Positions 10,501 to 19,770 of a DNA stretch of 20,000 bases are shown here, piece by piece (position 1 is the stretch's first letter; the number at the start of each line of letters is the position of its first letter). The DNA lies in NCBI GenBank assembly GCA_009602735.1, contig WELA01001462.1, forward strand, positions 143,943 to 163,942, written 5' to 3'. The notes below the pieces were generated by a model. That model was not told the DNA's origin, searched no databases, and was given only the letters and a program-made list of their open reading frames with translations. The translations under genes and the position numbers were made by a program. The DNA is from Mesotaenium endlicherianum (taxonomy: Eukaryota).

Positions 10501-12636
10501 GGCGACAGTGAGAGCCCCCAGGGAGCCCAGGCAGAGAGAAGTGCAGGAGCAGGCAGCACTAGTGCACAGAGACAGAGAGGAAGGGCTAAAGGCAGCAGGC
10601 GCACAGGCTCCATCGGGCGCGTACAGTCGGTAAAGTCGTGGAACGTGTTCCCCGAGAAGCCGGTCAAGGAGAACACGACAGCTGGCACGCGGTGGCGGAC
10701 GTCGCATGCCAGCGGCGGCGGGACTTCCAGGGAGTCGGGGCCCCACACCGCCCGGGTCTCGTTGACCCGCCACGCCCCCAACCACTTGCGCTCCTTCCAC
10801 TCCCTGAGGCAGCCGAACAAGAAGGGGCTCCTGTCCCACTCAGCCTCCTCGTCGCCCCGCCACTCGCCTAGCTGGGCTGAGCCCTCCCTGCTCGACGCCT
10901 GGGCCCCCCCTTCATTCCGCTCCGCCAGAACTTTCAATTGCGAGCTTCCTTGGCCCCCCTCCTCTTTCTCCTCCGCGAGCAGCCTGGCAGGATGCTCGTG
11001 GGGGTTGGAGCGGGCCTTGAGCAGGCGCCTGCTGCCGCCCCCTGTTCCCTCTCCCTGGCCCGCTACTGGCAGCGGCTGCTCCTGCTGCTGCTGCTGCTGC
11101 GTGGGGTCGTCAATGCACTTGAGCACAAGCTCTGTGACCGTGCTCATAGAGGAGGGGTCCTGCTTCCGGGGGTACGGCTTAATCTTCTGGGTGCCCCGCG
11201 GGACCGTCTGGTCGCGAGAGAAGAGCCACAGCACCTGACTGTCGCCCTTCACTCGCACGTCCCCCCTCATGCGGCACACATCTGTTCGCCAGTTGGACCT
11301 GTCGCAGGCAAAGACCTCGCCCTCGTCCCCCTGGTGCCCTTTCTGAGGCGCCCTCTGAGGCAAAGGCGGCGACAGGGATGCCGTGTCAGCAAAGATTATC
11401 TCCACGTCACTACCCGGCTCTGCGCCGTGTTCCCTGGGGAGGCCTTCATTGTTCCCCGCAGCCTTGGCTTGGGTCACCTGTTGCCCGCCTGCTGTCCCAT
11501 CGGAGCCCTCTACGTCGCCACTAGTGATTGACGGAGCTTCAGCTCTGCTTTTTTCTTGCACTACCGGAGACGAACTGCTGTCCCTTGCCACGCCCCTGTT
11601 GCTCTCCTCCCCACTTTGTACTGACTCATTGTCCTCTTTGTACGGTACCTGAGAAAAGTTAGCAACTTCTCCCCTCTGTCTTCCTTCGTACGAGGGACCT
11701 GCTTTGACGCCACCCATGGAGGTCTTTGCTGTCTGCTCGTTCTCCTCCTGTTGCTTGTGCTGTGCAACAGCTGCTCCCTGAGCCTCCTGGGGCTCAGGGA
11801 TCTCGGGAACTTCCTCACTGTGCCTCCTAGAAGTCAATCTGTACGAGTACGTGCTCCAGGTGAAATAAAATGGGGGCCCCTGGGAGCCTGCTCTAGCAGC
11901 CAGGTGAGTGAAGATTGCCGAGGGGGAGCCATCTGCAACAAACCCCAGCCTGGCTGGCCAGTGTGAGCGGAGCATGTGGCATACTCTGATTGGTGAGAGG
12001 ACGTTGACATGGCAAAGAAGCTAGAATCACACACTTACTATGAAATCACCTGCAACCTCACGACAGTGAATTGTTGAAGGCACTCTCTCTTTCTCCACCT
12101 TGACGAGCAGGCGGATTGGAGGTGTGATTTAAGTACCAGCTAACCTGGCCAACCTACTGATGACGCATGGAATGACGACCAAATATGTCTGACTTGATCC
12201 AATATTTGAAGAACTTGCTTATGCATTACTCTCAGTAAAAGTTTCCCCTCTCTGCCTGGTGCTTCCTTCTTGGCACCATCAGGCCACTGTCAGATGAAAG
12301 TGCTAGACAGGTAGCCTATGCGCCACCAGCAGCAGTAGAGAAGAAAGTACCTCTTGTCGACGAGACGATTGTGTAGGGTTCCCTGATTCTCCAGAAGATA
12401 AAACACATGGAGAGAAGTGGAAGCAAAAACCACCTATGTTGAAACCTCCAAATGGATTTTCCCGAAGGTGGTGCATGATGCCCGTTCTTATCTCCTGACT
12501 TCACTTGACCGCTAAGTGCTCCTGAGTTTGGCAAGTGACTACTACCACCAAGTCCACTTGAAGTCGTTTCGGTAACATTGATTGGGGAGCAGAATGAAGA
12601 GTCTGCAATGGGCGACTGGTAAGCATCCATGCTCAT
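7277..12636 (-). CDS. GT61 (DUF563) glycosyltransferase, MUCI21-like, paralog B; complement join(12636..12351,11932..10625,10187..10045,8911..8798,8291..7992,7582..7277), ~818 aa; start codon uncertain
   Basis: Same motifs (CDRSNWRTDVCRMRGDVR, CDVRHRVPAVVFSLTGFSGNTFHDFTD-LLIPLW, HCFPEVIVGL, GVHGAGLTHMLFMRPGSFLIQ-VVPFG, YLDNQNV) and identical exon/phase structure to A; TM WFLLPLLSMCFIFW. Exons 2-6 are open. The first in-frame ATG is 12636 because the upstream homologous region is frameshifted. Confidence 0.82.
7696..7714. repeat. (CAG)6 microsatellite in intron 5 of gene B
   Basis: cagcagcagcagcagcagc. Confidence 0.85.
7992..8291 (-). CDS. GT61-B exon 5
   Basis: CGCAG| then AMLRRAW...GVHGAGLTHMLFMRPGSFLIQ|GTGGGT. 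Confidence 0.9.
8798..8911 (-). CDS. GT61-B exon 4
   Basis: TCTCAG| then EPHVHCFPEVIVGL...IHDFQ|GTGAGG. Confidence 0.9.
9006..9387. other. Assembly gap (382 N) in intron 3 of gene B
   Basis: Run of N flanked by G/GA-rich low-complexity DNA. Confidence 0.99.
9388..9530. repeat. GA-rich low-complexity tract
   Basis: Nearly pure purine on the + strand. Confidence 0.85.
10045..10187 (-). CDS. GT61-B exon 3
   Basis: GTGCAG| then LIPLWITVQQYEREVV...PPVLLGQ|GTGTGT. Confidence 0.88.
10625..11932 (-). CDS. GT61-B exon 2
   Basis: Acceptor TGTTGCAG|AT; donor T|GTACGC follows HDFTD. Confidence 0.82.
12351..12636 (-). CDS. GT61-B exon 1, coding part (tail + TM)
   Basis: SFCSPI, HAPP.GK and TM align to A exon 1; donor GAG|GTACTT at 12350. 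Confidence 0.68.
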
Positions 12637-12902
12637 TGTCTCTTTCGACTTAACCACATAAGGACTTCAAGGGCTGAAGTTGAATGTGGTGATCGACTGT
12701 TGAATGTCCAGGCAACCGATTTCCGTTTCTGCTGGGCCAGACGCGCGGGTGGTTGTTAGAAGGAAAGTGCATGTTTTTATCAATATGGATGTCAAGAACC
12801 ACACGTGCACCTCCCCTCTGTACATTCCTTCTCGCGGTTGTCCTTGGGCACTTAGACCCTCATGGGCCTCTTGAGCAAATAGGAAGGCTGGCAGCTTGCC
12901 AT
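12637..12902 (-). pseudogene. Decayed ancestral N-terminal coding segment of GT61-B (now uORF-like: 12902..12852, 16 aa; 12772..12650, 40 aa)
   Basis: Aligns to A residues ~4-95 (PMRV vs LMRV; QRGGARVVLD vs QGGDARNVLD; PSNNHPRVWP vs PSKNRPYIWP) but in three different frames, with TAA at 12854-12852 and 12652-12650. Confidence 0.7.
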
Positions 12903-14375
12903 GATTGCCGCAATTATACTAAATGCTACGATTTCTCACACCCGTTGAAATATTGGGAGAAACGTTAAAGAGATTCTGTCGTCATGTTTCTTACTGTACT
13001 CGTCATTGCATAGAGAAGAATCGCCAGTAGGTTTTCTCGCCTTAAAGTTGTGGAGTCTCGATTTAGTCTGAATGTCATACTCGCACGACTTTCGAATCTC
13101 CCACCAAAAGGTACGAGCACGATGGACTACTTTCATGCAGATACGAAATTGACGGACTCAACGGACACCTAGACCATATTTCTTGGGCGAAAGTAGCGTA
13201 ACATCCGATTTCGGCTTTGGATGTTTTTTTGGCTACGCATTTGTCCGACACTTCATCTTCGACTTTTTCGACCCTATAAACGACCTGACAATATGATGTG
13301 TCGAATGAAAATTGAGAAGCGCATAAATTCTTTTTCACTTTCGTATGCACTCTTTTAAGTTTCAAGGAGTGTCTCTAAGTGCTCAAGTTGTCGTGCCTAT
13401 CCATGTCCGTGCCGTGGACTCGTGTAACGATTGCCAACACGTATGCTGTCGGCATGGTTAATACGGTGGCCCTCGCACCTGAGGCTCGACCTGGTTGATC
13501 ATTGAGAACCGACTTTTGCACGTCTGTCGGTAGCAGACTGCACTCGGTTGACCGTTTCCTGGTCTCCCCGAACTTGCAGAGGCCAAAACCCGGATTAGAA
13601 ATTTTTGTGTTTCTCACATAGCATCTTCTTTAGTCTTATCTCTCAAATATGTTTTATGGTGTTCAGATCTTCTTGCAAGGAAAGAAGCTCCAATGGTGCT
13701 CATATGCTAAGATAATGCATGCAAAGTGTAGTCTATCATGCTCACGGATTTGAACGCTAATAGCTAGGGGTCCTTGTAGTCGCGAAGAGCCAACAATGTG
13801 ACCTTTGGGCACATTGAATCACAAAGTAGCCTTTGATGAAACTTCGCTAGGGGCCAGTACGTGGCGCGGACTGGTCGCAAATAACTCGTTCGACGCTTGA
13901 CCAAATGACGCGAAGGTGGCTCGGTGCTCCACACTTTAACAATTAAAAACGCTAGCAAAGGTTAACATATGGATGCGTAAAGTCAAGTCCGTCGGGCTTC
14001 CTAGGTTGATGGTACAAACTCGTGTAGCTCGGTTTAGTGCCACGACCACGACCCAATGAGTCATGACAATTGACGTGCATTAGGAGGTCAGGTGCACATC
14101 AACGGCATAAGCAATACACAAATGAGAAAGCAGGCTTTGCTGCAATGGAAGCGGAAATGAATGTGGGCTTAGGGCCAAAAAGAGAGTCAGCTGTCAAATG
14201 TTTTAACTGAGGGCTTCCCCCCCAAAATCTCGGCCTCCAGCTGATGAGCTGTGAATGTTACCGCTGGCTAGCTCAGAGTAACCAGTTCCCGGGTGGGACA
14301 CGTGCTAACGACGGGTGAAGGCAGCCGATGTGGAAGCCGAGGTAACAGCCGTCGCAGAGCAGCATCTTAGCCTCC

Positions 14376-15094
14376 TGAAATGAATCGACTTACCAATTAG
14401 GCGATTAACAATTAATGAAGATCTTTATATCAGCGAATAATCTTTATGGTATTTTCTGTCAATTGATTCAACAGCAAAAGACAACACACTAGCAGTGGAC
14501 AATACTCGCAAGTCAAATGGAAGTAAACTAGCATCAATAATGCAATCAGTAAACTCGTACATAAGCAAGGCTAGAAGACAGTGCATATCAATGGCTTCTC
14601 GCCTTGGATTCAGATCTCTCTCCATAAGCTGTACAAGAGAGTTGGCCTCGTTTTCGAATGCCGAACTCGAAAGCAATACCTAGTATATGTACATGGAATG
14701 AGTTTACTGTTCAGCGGCAAGTGCGATGGCACCGCCTACCCGGGAGTTAACCACGTTGGTAGGACCTCGGTTAACCAAATCCACCGCCATCTCCCATCAT
14801 CCCAAATCGCCATCCATCCTAAGGATGTCATCTGGCCATTCATCTAGCACACCACACTTAGATGCATATCCAGGCAGTTTGCTGCTACCGAGTACGGAAG
14901 TCGGCTGGCTGTCAAAGAATGTGTCAGCAAGCTGACCTAAGTTGACTTCAGCCTGCTGCTCCCGGCTGAGTCATTAAACTGATTATTTTATAAGGTACAA
15001 CAGACTCGATATTAACTAAATTTCAGCAGACTGAACTTACTTAACTATTATATTTAAATAAATATTATATCTACCAATATACTGATTCATTACA
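14376..15094 (-). repeat. LTR (719 bp), 3' LTR of the minus-strand element
   Basis: TG...CA ends with 10/11 terminal inverted repeat; reverse complement aligns end to end with 15332-16051. Confidence 0.93.
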
Positions 15095-15107
15095 ATCCCT
15101 CCAACTT
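15095..15107 (-). other. Polypurine tract (PPT)
   Basis: AAGTTGGAGGGAT immediately 5' of the LTR's TG on the minus strand. Confidence 0.75.
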
Positions 15108-15331
15108 AACAAGTTGTCGCCTCAACAACACTAACACTGGGTGCATGATTTTTCCCAACTGAAACTACTGATCTCCCTCGCACCGCCTCTTGCTCCAACA
15201 ATGATGCCTAACTGTGGGAATCACTAGTAACAGTGTGCTGTCCCTCCGCCCTCAGCCGACTGCCCTTATGAGGGAGATGTTCTTGGGGCTCTACGGTCAG
15301 GGGTACATTATCAATCTCGACCGGTGGTGGC

Positions 15332-16051
15332 TGTAATGAATCAGTATATTAGTCGATATAATATTCATTTAAATATAATAGTTAATTAAGTTCAGCCTGC
15401 TGAACTTTAGTTAATAGTCAGTCTGCTGGACTTTACATAATTATCAGTTTGCTGACTCAGTCGAAAGCAGCAGGCTGAAAGTCCATATAAGTCAGCTTGC
15501 TGACACATTCTTTGACAGCAAGCTGACTTCCGTACTCGGTAGCAGCGAATTGCCTTGATATGCATCTAAGTGCGATATGCTAGATGAATGGCCAGATGAC
15601 ATCCCTATGATGGATGGCTATTCGGGATGATGGGAGATGGCGGTGGATTTGGTTAACCGAGGTCCTACCAACGTGGTTAACTCCCGGGTAGGCGGTGCCA
15701 TCGCACTGACCGTTGAACAGTAAACTCATTCCATGTACATATGCTAGGCATTGCTCTCGAGTTCGGCATTCGGAAACGAGGCCAACTCTCTTGTACAGCT
15801 TACTGAGAGAGATCTGAATCCAAGGCGAGAAGCCATTGATACGCACTGTCTTCTAACCTTGCTTATGTATGAGTTTACTGATTTGCATCATTGATGCTAG
15901 TTTACTCGCATTTGACTTACGAGTATTATTCCCTGCTAGTGTATTGTCCTTTGCCGTTTAACTAGTTAACGGAAATACCATAAAGATTACTTGCTGATAT
16001 AAAGATCTTTATTAATTGTTAATCGCCTATTTGGTAAGTCGATTCATTTCA
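15332..16051 (+). repeat. 5' LTR (720 bp)
   Basis: TGTAATGAATC...GATTCATTTCA followed 1 nt later by the PBS; candidate target-site duplication GTGGC at 15327-15331. Confidence 0.95.
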
Positions 16052-16052
16052 G

Positions 16053-16064
16053 TGGTATCGGAGC
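16053..16064 (+). other. Primer binding site for initiator tRNA-Met
   Basis: TGGTATCGGAGC vs canonical TGGTATCAGAGC; the single A>G change is tolerated as a G.U pair. Confidence 0.9.
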
Positions 16065-16085
16065 AGTTATCACAGTCTTCTTTGT

Positions 16086-17564
16086 ATGGTAAGGACAAGG
16101 TCTCAAACTAGCAACTCCCGAGACATGGAGAACCAGGATAACGAGAATGTCGAAAACCAGGCGGAAAGCCATGTAGCGGGAAACCGTACCTATTCGGAAG
16201 CAGTAGCGGATACTGCAGCTAGGGAGGCTGCAGATGAGGCAGCTGCTATTGCCTCAGTCGCAGCTCAGCAAGCTGAGGAGGAGATAGCCAGACTAGAAGC
16301 TGAACAAGTAGCAAAGGCCGCTGAAGATATACAAAGGAGGGAAGGACAGCCAGCTGACGAGCGCACTGTTGAAGAACTTATGGCATCAAGGGCCAATGTT
16401 CTGAACCCACCTCCTGCCGTACAACTCAATGTACCCCTAGGTCAAATACGTGACCGGCTGAATGCGGCAGGAATTGCTGCTGCAGGAGCAAGAGGGATTG
16501 TTGAGGACACTACTCAGCGAGTAGATGCCAATGCTGCTGCTGCATTTGCTAATCTACCACCCCAAAATGTAGACTTGGGAGCATTGTTCGTTCAGATGCA
16601 GTCGCAAATGGCGACCATGTATCAGTCCCAGCAGGAGGACAAAAGAATCATAATGTCCCTACTCCGGGACAGAGACCAACTGGGGTCTCACACCACTAGT
16701 GGTGGTGGCCGAGGGCCTAGTAAGCCCAAGCCGAAACCTCCCCAGGACTATGATCCTGAGGGAAACAGAAAATATTACCTGATCAAGTTTCTCGCGGATG
16801 TTGAGCAGTGGCTGGAGAACTACCCAGAACTGCAAGATTACGAGAAGGTCAGGCACACCGGTGCGCTACTGAAAGGCAGTGCCGCAGACTGGTGGCTTTA
16901 CTGGAAGGAAGAGCGTAAGGCTCGGCAACTCGGTGACCCTACGTGGGTAGAGTTTGTCGAGAAGTTGCATGAGAAGTTTGATGTCATCAACCAGCAGGAG
17001 AAAGCTATCTATGCGATGATCTCCCTGACACTGAAGCAGACCACTTCAGTTGCTGAGTTTGCTCAAAAGTTCCAAGAGAACATGATGAAGCAGCCTGATT
17101 TGCCAGAACGGTATAGGATAGCATACTTCAGGTATGGCTTGAAATCCGAGGTCTCTGGTCATTTTGCTGAGAAAAAGTATGAGAAACTGGCTGACTTGAT
17201 CCAGGATGCTGACGCCTGGGATCAGCAGCAGTTCAATCACAAGCGCCAGAGTAACGCTTTGGTGTCTAAGATTGTCAAAAAGCCCCACGGTTCCTACAAT
17301 GCAGTTGAAGGAGACCAGGCTGAGGATAATCAGGGTGATGAATATGAGTATGAGTACAATGCTATTCAGTCTAGAGGTAGAGGTGGTCCCTCTCGAGGTG
17401 GCTATGGAAGGGGTGGTGGTAGGACTAAGCCGAGACCAGCCTCAGCAAAATCTACTTGCTACCATTGTCAGCAGAAAGGCCACTACAGAGAACAGTGTCC
17501 GGTCAAGCACCTGCCTAAGGTCGAGAGAAAAGACCAGCCTTTAAAAGACAGCAACAGTCAGTAA
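16086..17564 (+). CDS. gag: Retrotransposon Gag (capsid, RGG box, CCHC zinc knuckle), 492 aa
   Basis: [10 protein letters not shown]...[13 protein letters not shown]...[14 protein letters not shown] capsid signature; [29 protein letters not shown] (CX2CX4HX4C). Confidence 0.95.
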   Translation: MVRTRSQTSNSRDMENQDNENVENQAESHVAGNRTYSEAVADTAAREAADEAAAIASVAAQQAEEEIARLEAEQVAKAAEDIQRREGQPADERTVEELMASRANVLNPPPAVQLNVPLGQIRDRLNAAGIAAAGARGIVEDTTQRVDANAAAAFANLPPQNVDLGALFVQMQSQMATMYQSQQEDKRIIMSLLRDRDQLGSHTTSGGGRGPSKPKPKPPQDYDPEGNRKYYLIKFLADVEQWLENYPELQDYEKVRHTGALLKGSAADWWLYWKEERKARQLGDPTWVEFVEKLHEKFDVINQQEKAIYAMISLTLKQTTSVAEFAQKFQENMMKQPDLPERYRIAYFRYGLKSEVSGHFAEKKYEKLADLIQDADAWDQQQFNHKRQSNALVSKIVKKPHGSYNAVEGDQAEDNQGDEYEYEYNAIQSRGRGGPSRGGYGRGGGRTKPRPASAKSTCYHCQQKGHYREQCPVKHLPKVERKDQPLKDSNSQ

Positions 17565-17653
17565 TCCAGTCTACTGACTGTGAGGATGCTAGAGATAGTG
17601 AGTCGTCACTAGCTGCCCTCGTAGCAGGTATTATGGGTCCTGCTGAACTGGAT
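17540..17653 (+). promoter_or_regulatory. Predicted -1 programmed ribosomal frameshift signal (slippery T TTA AAA + pseudoknot)
   Basis: X_XXY_YYZ heptamer in gag phase inside the 46-nt gag/pol overlap; 7-nt spacer; perfect 10-bp stem 17554-17563/17572-17581; loop complementary to 17647-17653. Confidence 0.8.
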
Positions 17654-19759
17654 TCACTATGCATGCCTGACAACCAGATAAAGGAGACCATCAGCAATAT
17701 AGACGTCCAGAGAGTGCACACTCTGGATGCTCTTGTTCCACCTGATGTCCAACATTTCTTTGCTACGTCAGGAGAACAATGCGAAAGTCAGGAAAAGACA
17801 GTCCCCCCTATCCTACTGCATTGCATGATTGCAGGTAGGAAGGTGAGGGCATTTGTTGACGGAGGGGCGTCACATACTTTTATCCACAAGGACTTAGTTA
17901 AGCGGCTAAGGCTGCCTACTGTCACCCAAGGGAATAGAAAAATATTCCTTGGAGATGCCTCAAGTATCCCGGGAGGAGTTATAACCAAGCCTATTGAGGT
18001 CCAGTTAGGTTCTGGCATTGCAGTTCTAACTGAAACGCTTACATTTGAGGTACTCAACACTGGCTTTTATGATCTCGTGCTAGGCAGGTCCTGGCTTAAT
18101 AGACATCAAGCTGAAGTGTGTTGGAGCAGAGGTACAGTTAAAGTGAGAGGAGCCAGTGATGGGCAGACTGACTTGGCACCCACCAGTGCTCTTCCTCTTG
18201 TCCTGTGTGGATGGCAAATGAAGGAAAAGAAGAGGCTTCCAGAAGGATGCAAGTTGCTGAATGCAATGGAGTTCGTCAAAAGCTGGAACCAGAAGGAAGA
18301 CAGAATGTTCTGTCTGCTGCTAAGAGAGGTACCTCCTCAACCTGAAGAAGTGGTTGAGAAAAAGGTACACCCTCCGGAACACCCTACTGCTGCAAACATT
18401 GTTGCTCAGTACACGGATGTGTTTAATATGCCTCCAGGACTACCCCCTAAGCGGGAAGTAGATCATAGGATTGATTTATTACCTGGTAGCCAGCCACCCT
18501 GGCAACGCACGTATGGCTTGTCTTATTTGGAGAGTGAGGAGTTGAAAACACAGATTGCAGAGCTGGAGGAAAATGGTTACATTTCTCCCAGTAAATCACC
18601 GTACGGCGCACCTATCCTATTTGTTAAGAAAAAGGATGGCAGTATGCGGATGTGTGTGGATTACAGAGCCCTGAACAGAATTACAGTAAAGAACAAGTAT
18701 GCTTTACCCAGAATCGAGGACTTGCTTGATACCCTGTCTGGCGCTAAGGTGTTCAGTAAGATAGATCTCAAGAGTGGTTATCATCAAATCAGAATTGCTG
18801 AGGGGGATGAACACAAGACTGCTTTCCGCACACGTTATGGACACTATGAGTTCAACGTGATGCCATTTGGACTGACTAATGCTCCTGCTACCTTTATGGG
18901 TGCTATGAATGACATTTTCAGACCTTATTTGGATAAGTTTGTGCAAGTTTTCCTGGATGATATTTTAATTTTCTCTAAAGATGAAGCTCAGCACACTGAA
19001 CACTTAAAGAAAGTGCTGGACACTCTGCGGAAAAATCACTTGTATGCTAAAATGAGCAAGTGTGATTTCTTTAAGGAAAGTATTGAATTCTTAGGCCACG
19101 TTGTCAGTAAAGAGGGCATCAGTGTGGATCCTAAGAAAGTCCAGACCATAAGGGACTGGCCAGTACCACAGTCTGTCTCTGAAGTTAGATCCTTCCTCGG
19201 GTTGGCTAACTACTATAGGAGATTTATTGAGAATTATTCCACAAAGGCCAGTAAACTGACTGACCTTACTAAGAAAGACATCGGGTATGTGTGGGGGGAA
19301 GAGCAGCAGGCTGCCTTCCAGACCCTTAAAGATGCCCTTTGTTCTGCCCCAGTGCTAGCCGTGTATGACCCCAGCAAACCGGTGCAGGTGGTTACTGATG
19401 CCTCTGATTTTGCCATGGGTGCTATTTTGTTGCAGCCTGCTGACAAAACCACAAAGGATGGTAAGGTACGGCAGGAGTGGCATCCTGTGTTGTATGAGTC
19501 TATGAAATTTAATCCAGCGGAGATTAATTACTCAGTGCATGATAAAGAGCTGCTAGCTATCATTCATGTACTCAAACAGTGGAGAGCATACTTACATGGT
19601 AAAGCTTTTAAGGTGATTACAGATCATCTAGCTCTGACCCACTTTCAGAAGAAGTCCAAGCTGTCGAGGAGGGAGAACCGCTGGAGCCAGACGCTGGAGC
19701 AGTTCCAAGTCCAGATCGACTACAAACCAGGGAAGTTGAATCCTGCTGATGCACTCTAG
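17540..19759 (+). CDS. pol: Pol polyprotein (aspartic protease, reverse transcriptase, RNase H) in the -1 frame to gag; truncated by TAG before integrase
   Basis: Frame is open from 17519 (first ATG 17633). [14 protein letters not shown]...[52 protein letters not shown]; RNase[35 protein letters not shown]. Confidence 0.95.
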   Translation, partial: FKRQQQSVIQSTDCEDARDSESSLAALVAGIMGPAELDSLCMPDNQIKETISNIDVQRVHTLDALVPPDVQHFFATSGEQCESQEKTVPPILLHCMIAGRKVRAFVDGGASHTFIHKDLVKRLRLPTVTQGNRKIFLGDASSIPGGVITKPIEVQLGSGIAVLTETLTFEVLNTGFYDLVLGRSWLNRHQAEVCWSRGTVKVRGASDGQTDLAPTSALPLVLCGWQMKEKKRLPEGCKLLNAMEFVKSWNQKEDRMFCLLLREVPPQPEEVVEKKVHPPEHPTAANIVAQYTDVFNMPPGLPPKREVDHRIDLLPGSQPPWQRTYGLSYLESEELKTQIAELEENGYISPSKSPYGAPILFVKKKDGSMRMCVDYRALNRITVKNKYALPRIEDLLDTLSGAKVFSKIDLKSGYHQIRIAEGDEHKTAFRTRYGHYEFNVMPFGLTNAPATFMGAMNDIFRPYLDKFVQVFLDDILIFSKDEAQHTEHLKKVLDTLRKNHLYAKMSKCDFFKESIEFLGHVVSKEGISVDPKKVQTIRDWPVPQSVSEVRSFLGLANYYRRFIENYSTKASKLTDLTKKDIGYVWGEEQQAAFQTLKDALCSAPVLAVYDPSKPVQVVTDASDFAMGAILLQPADKTTKDGKVRQEWHPVLYESMKFNPAEINYSVHDKELLAIIHVLKQWRAYLHGKAFKVITDHLALTHFQKKSKLSRRENRWSQTLEQFQVQIDYKPGKLNPADAL

Positions 19760-19770
19760 AGAACACTTGA

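Larger units (their letters stand above)
14376..15331 (-). mobile_element. 3' end of an older Ty3/Gypsy element: pol C-terminal remnant (15331-15108), PPT, 3' LTR
   Basis: Minus strand reads PPPVEIDNVP...VVEATTC* (one internal TAG), then GTTGGAGGGAT, then LTR TGTAATGAATC...GATTCATTTCA. Interrupted at 15331/15332 by the plus-strand element. Confidence 0.8.

Noticed and set aside
14241..14290. CTGATGA hammerhead-ribozyme core-like motif
   Set aside because: No properly placed GAAA after a stem II and no closing stems found.
14376..15094. Solo LTR interpretation
   Set aside because: No target-site duplication (CCTCC vs ATCCC), and a PPT plus pol tail lie directly upstream on the minus strand.
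15580..15846. 88-aa antisense ORF retained in both LTRs (also 14581-14847)
   Set aside because: GTG start, no recognisable domain, many amino-acid changes; retention is expected by chance at this nucleotide identity.
17564..17587. Alternative short pseudoknot ATCC/GGAT (17584-17587)
   Set aside because: Only 4 bp, and a 2-nt loop could not span the 10-bp S1; the 17647-17653 pairing is longer and geometrically plausible.
17858..17869. Protease active site DGGA instead of D(S/T)GA, and RT FLDD instead of YxDD
   Set aside because: DGG and FxDD variants occur in plant Ty3/Gypsy lineages, so they show neither inactivity nor novelty.
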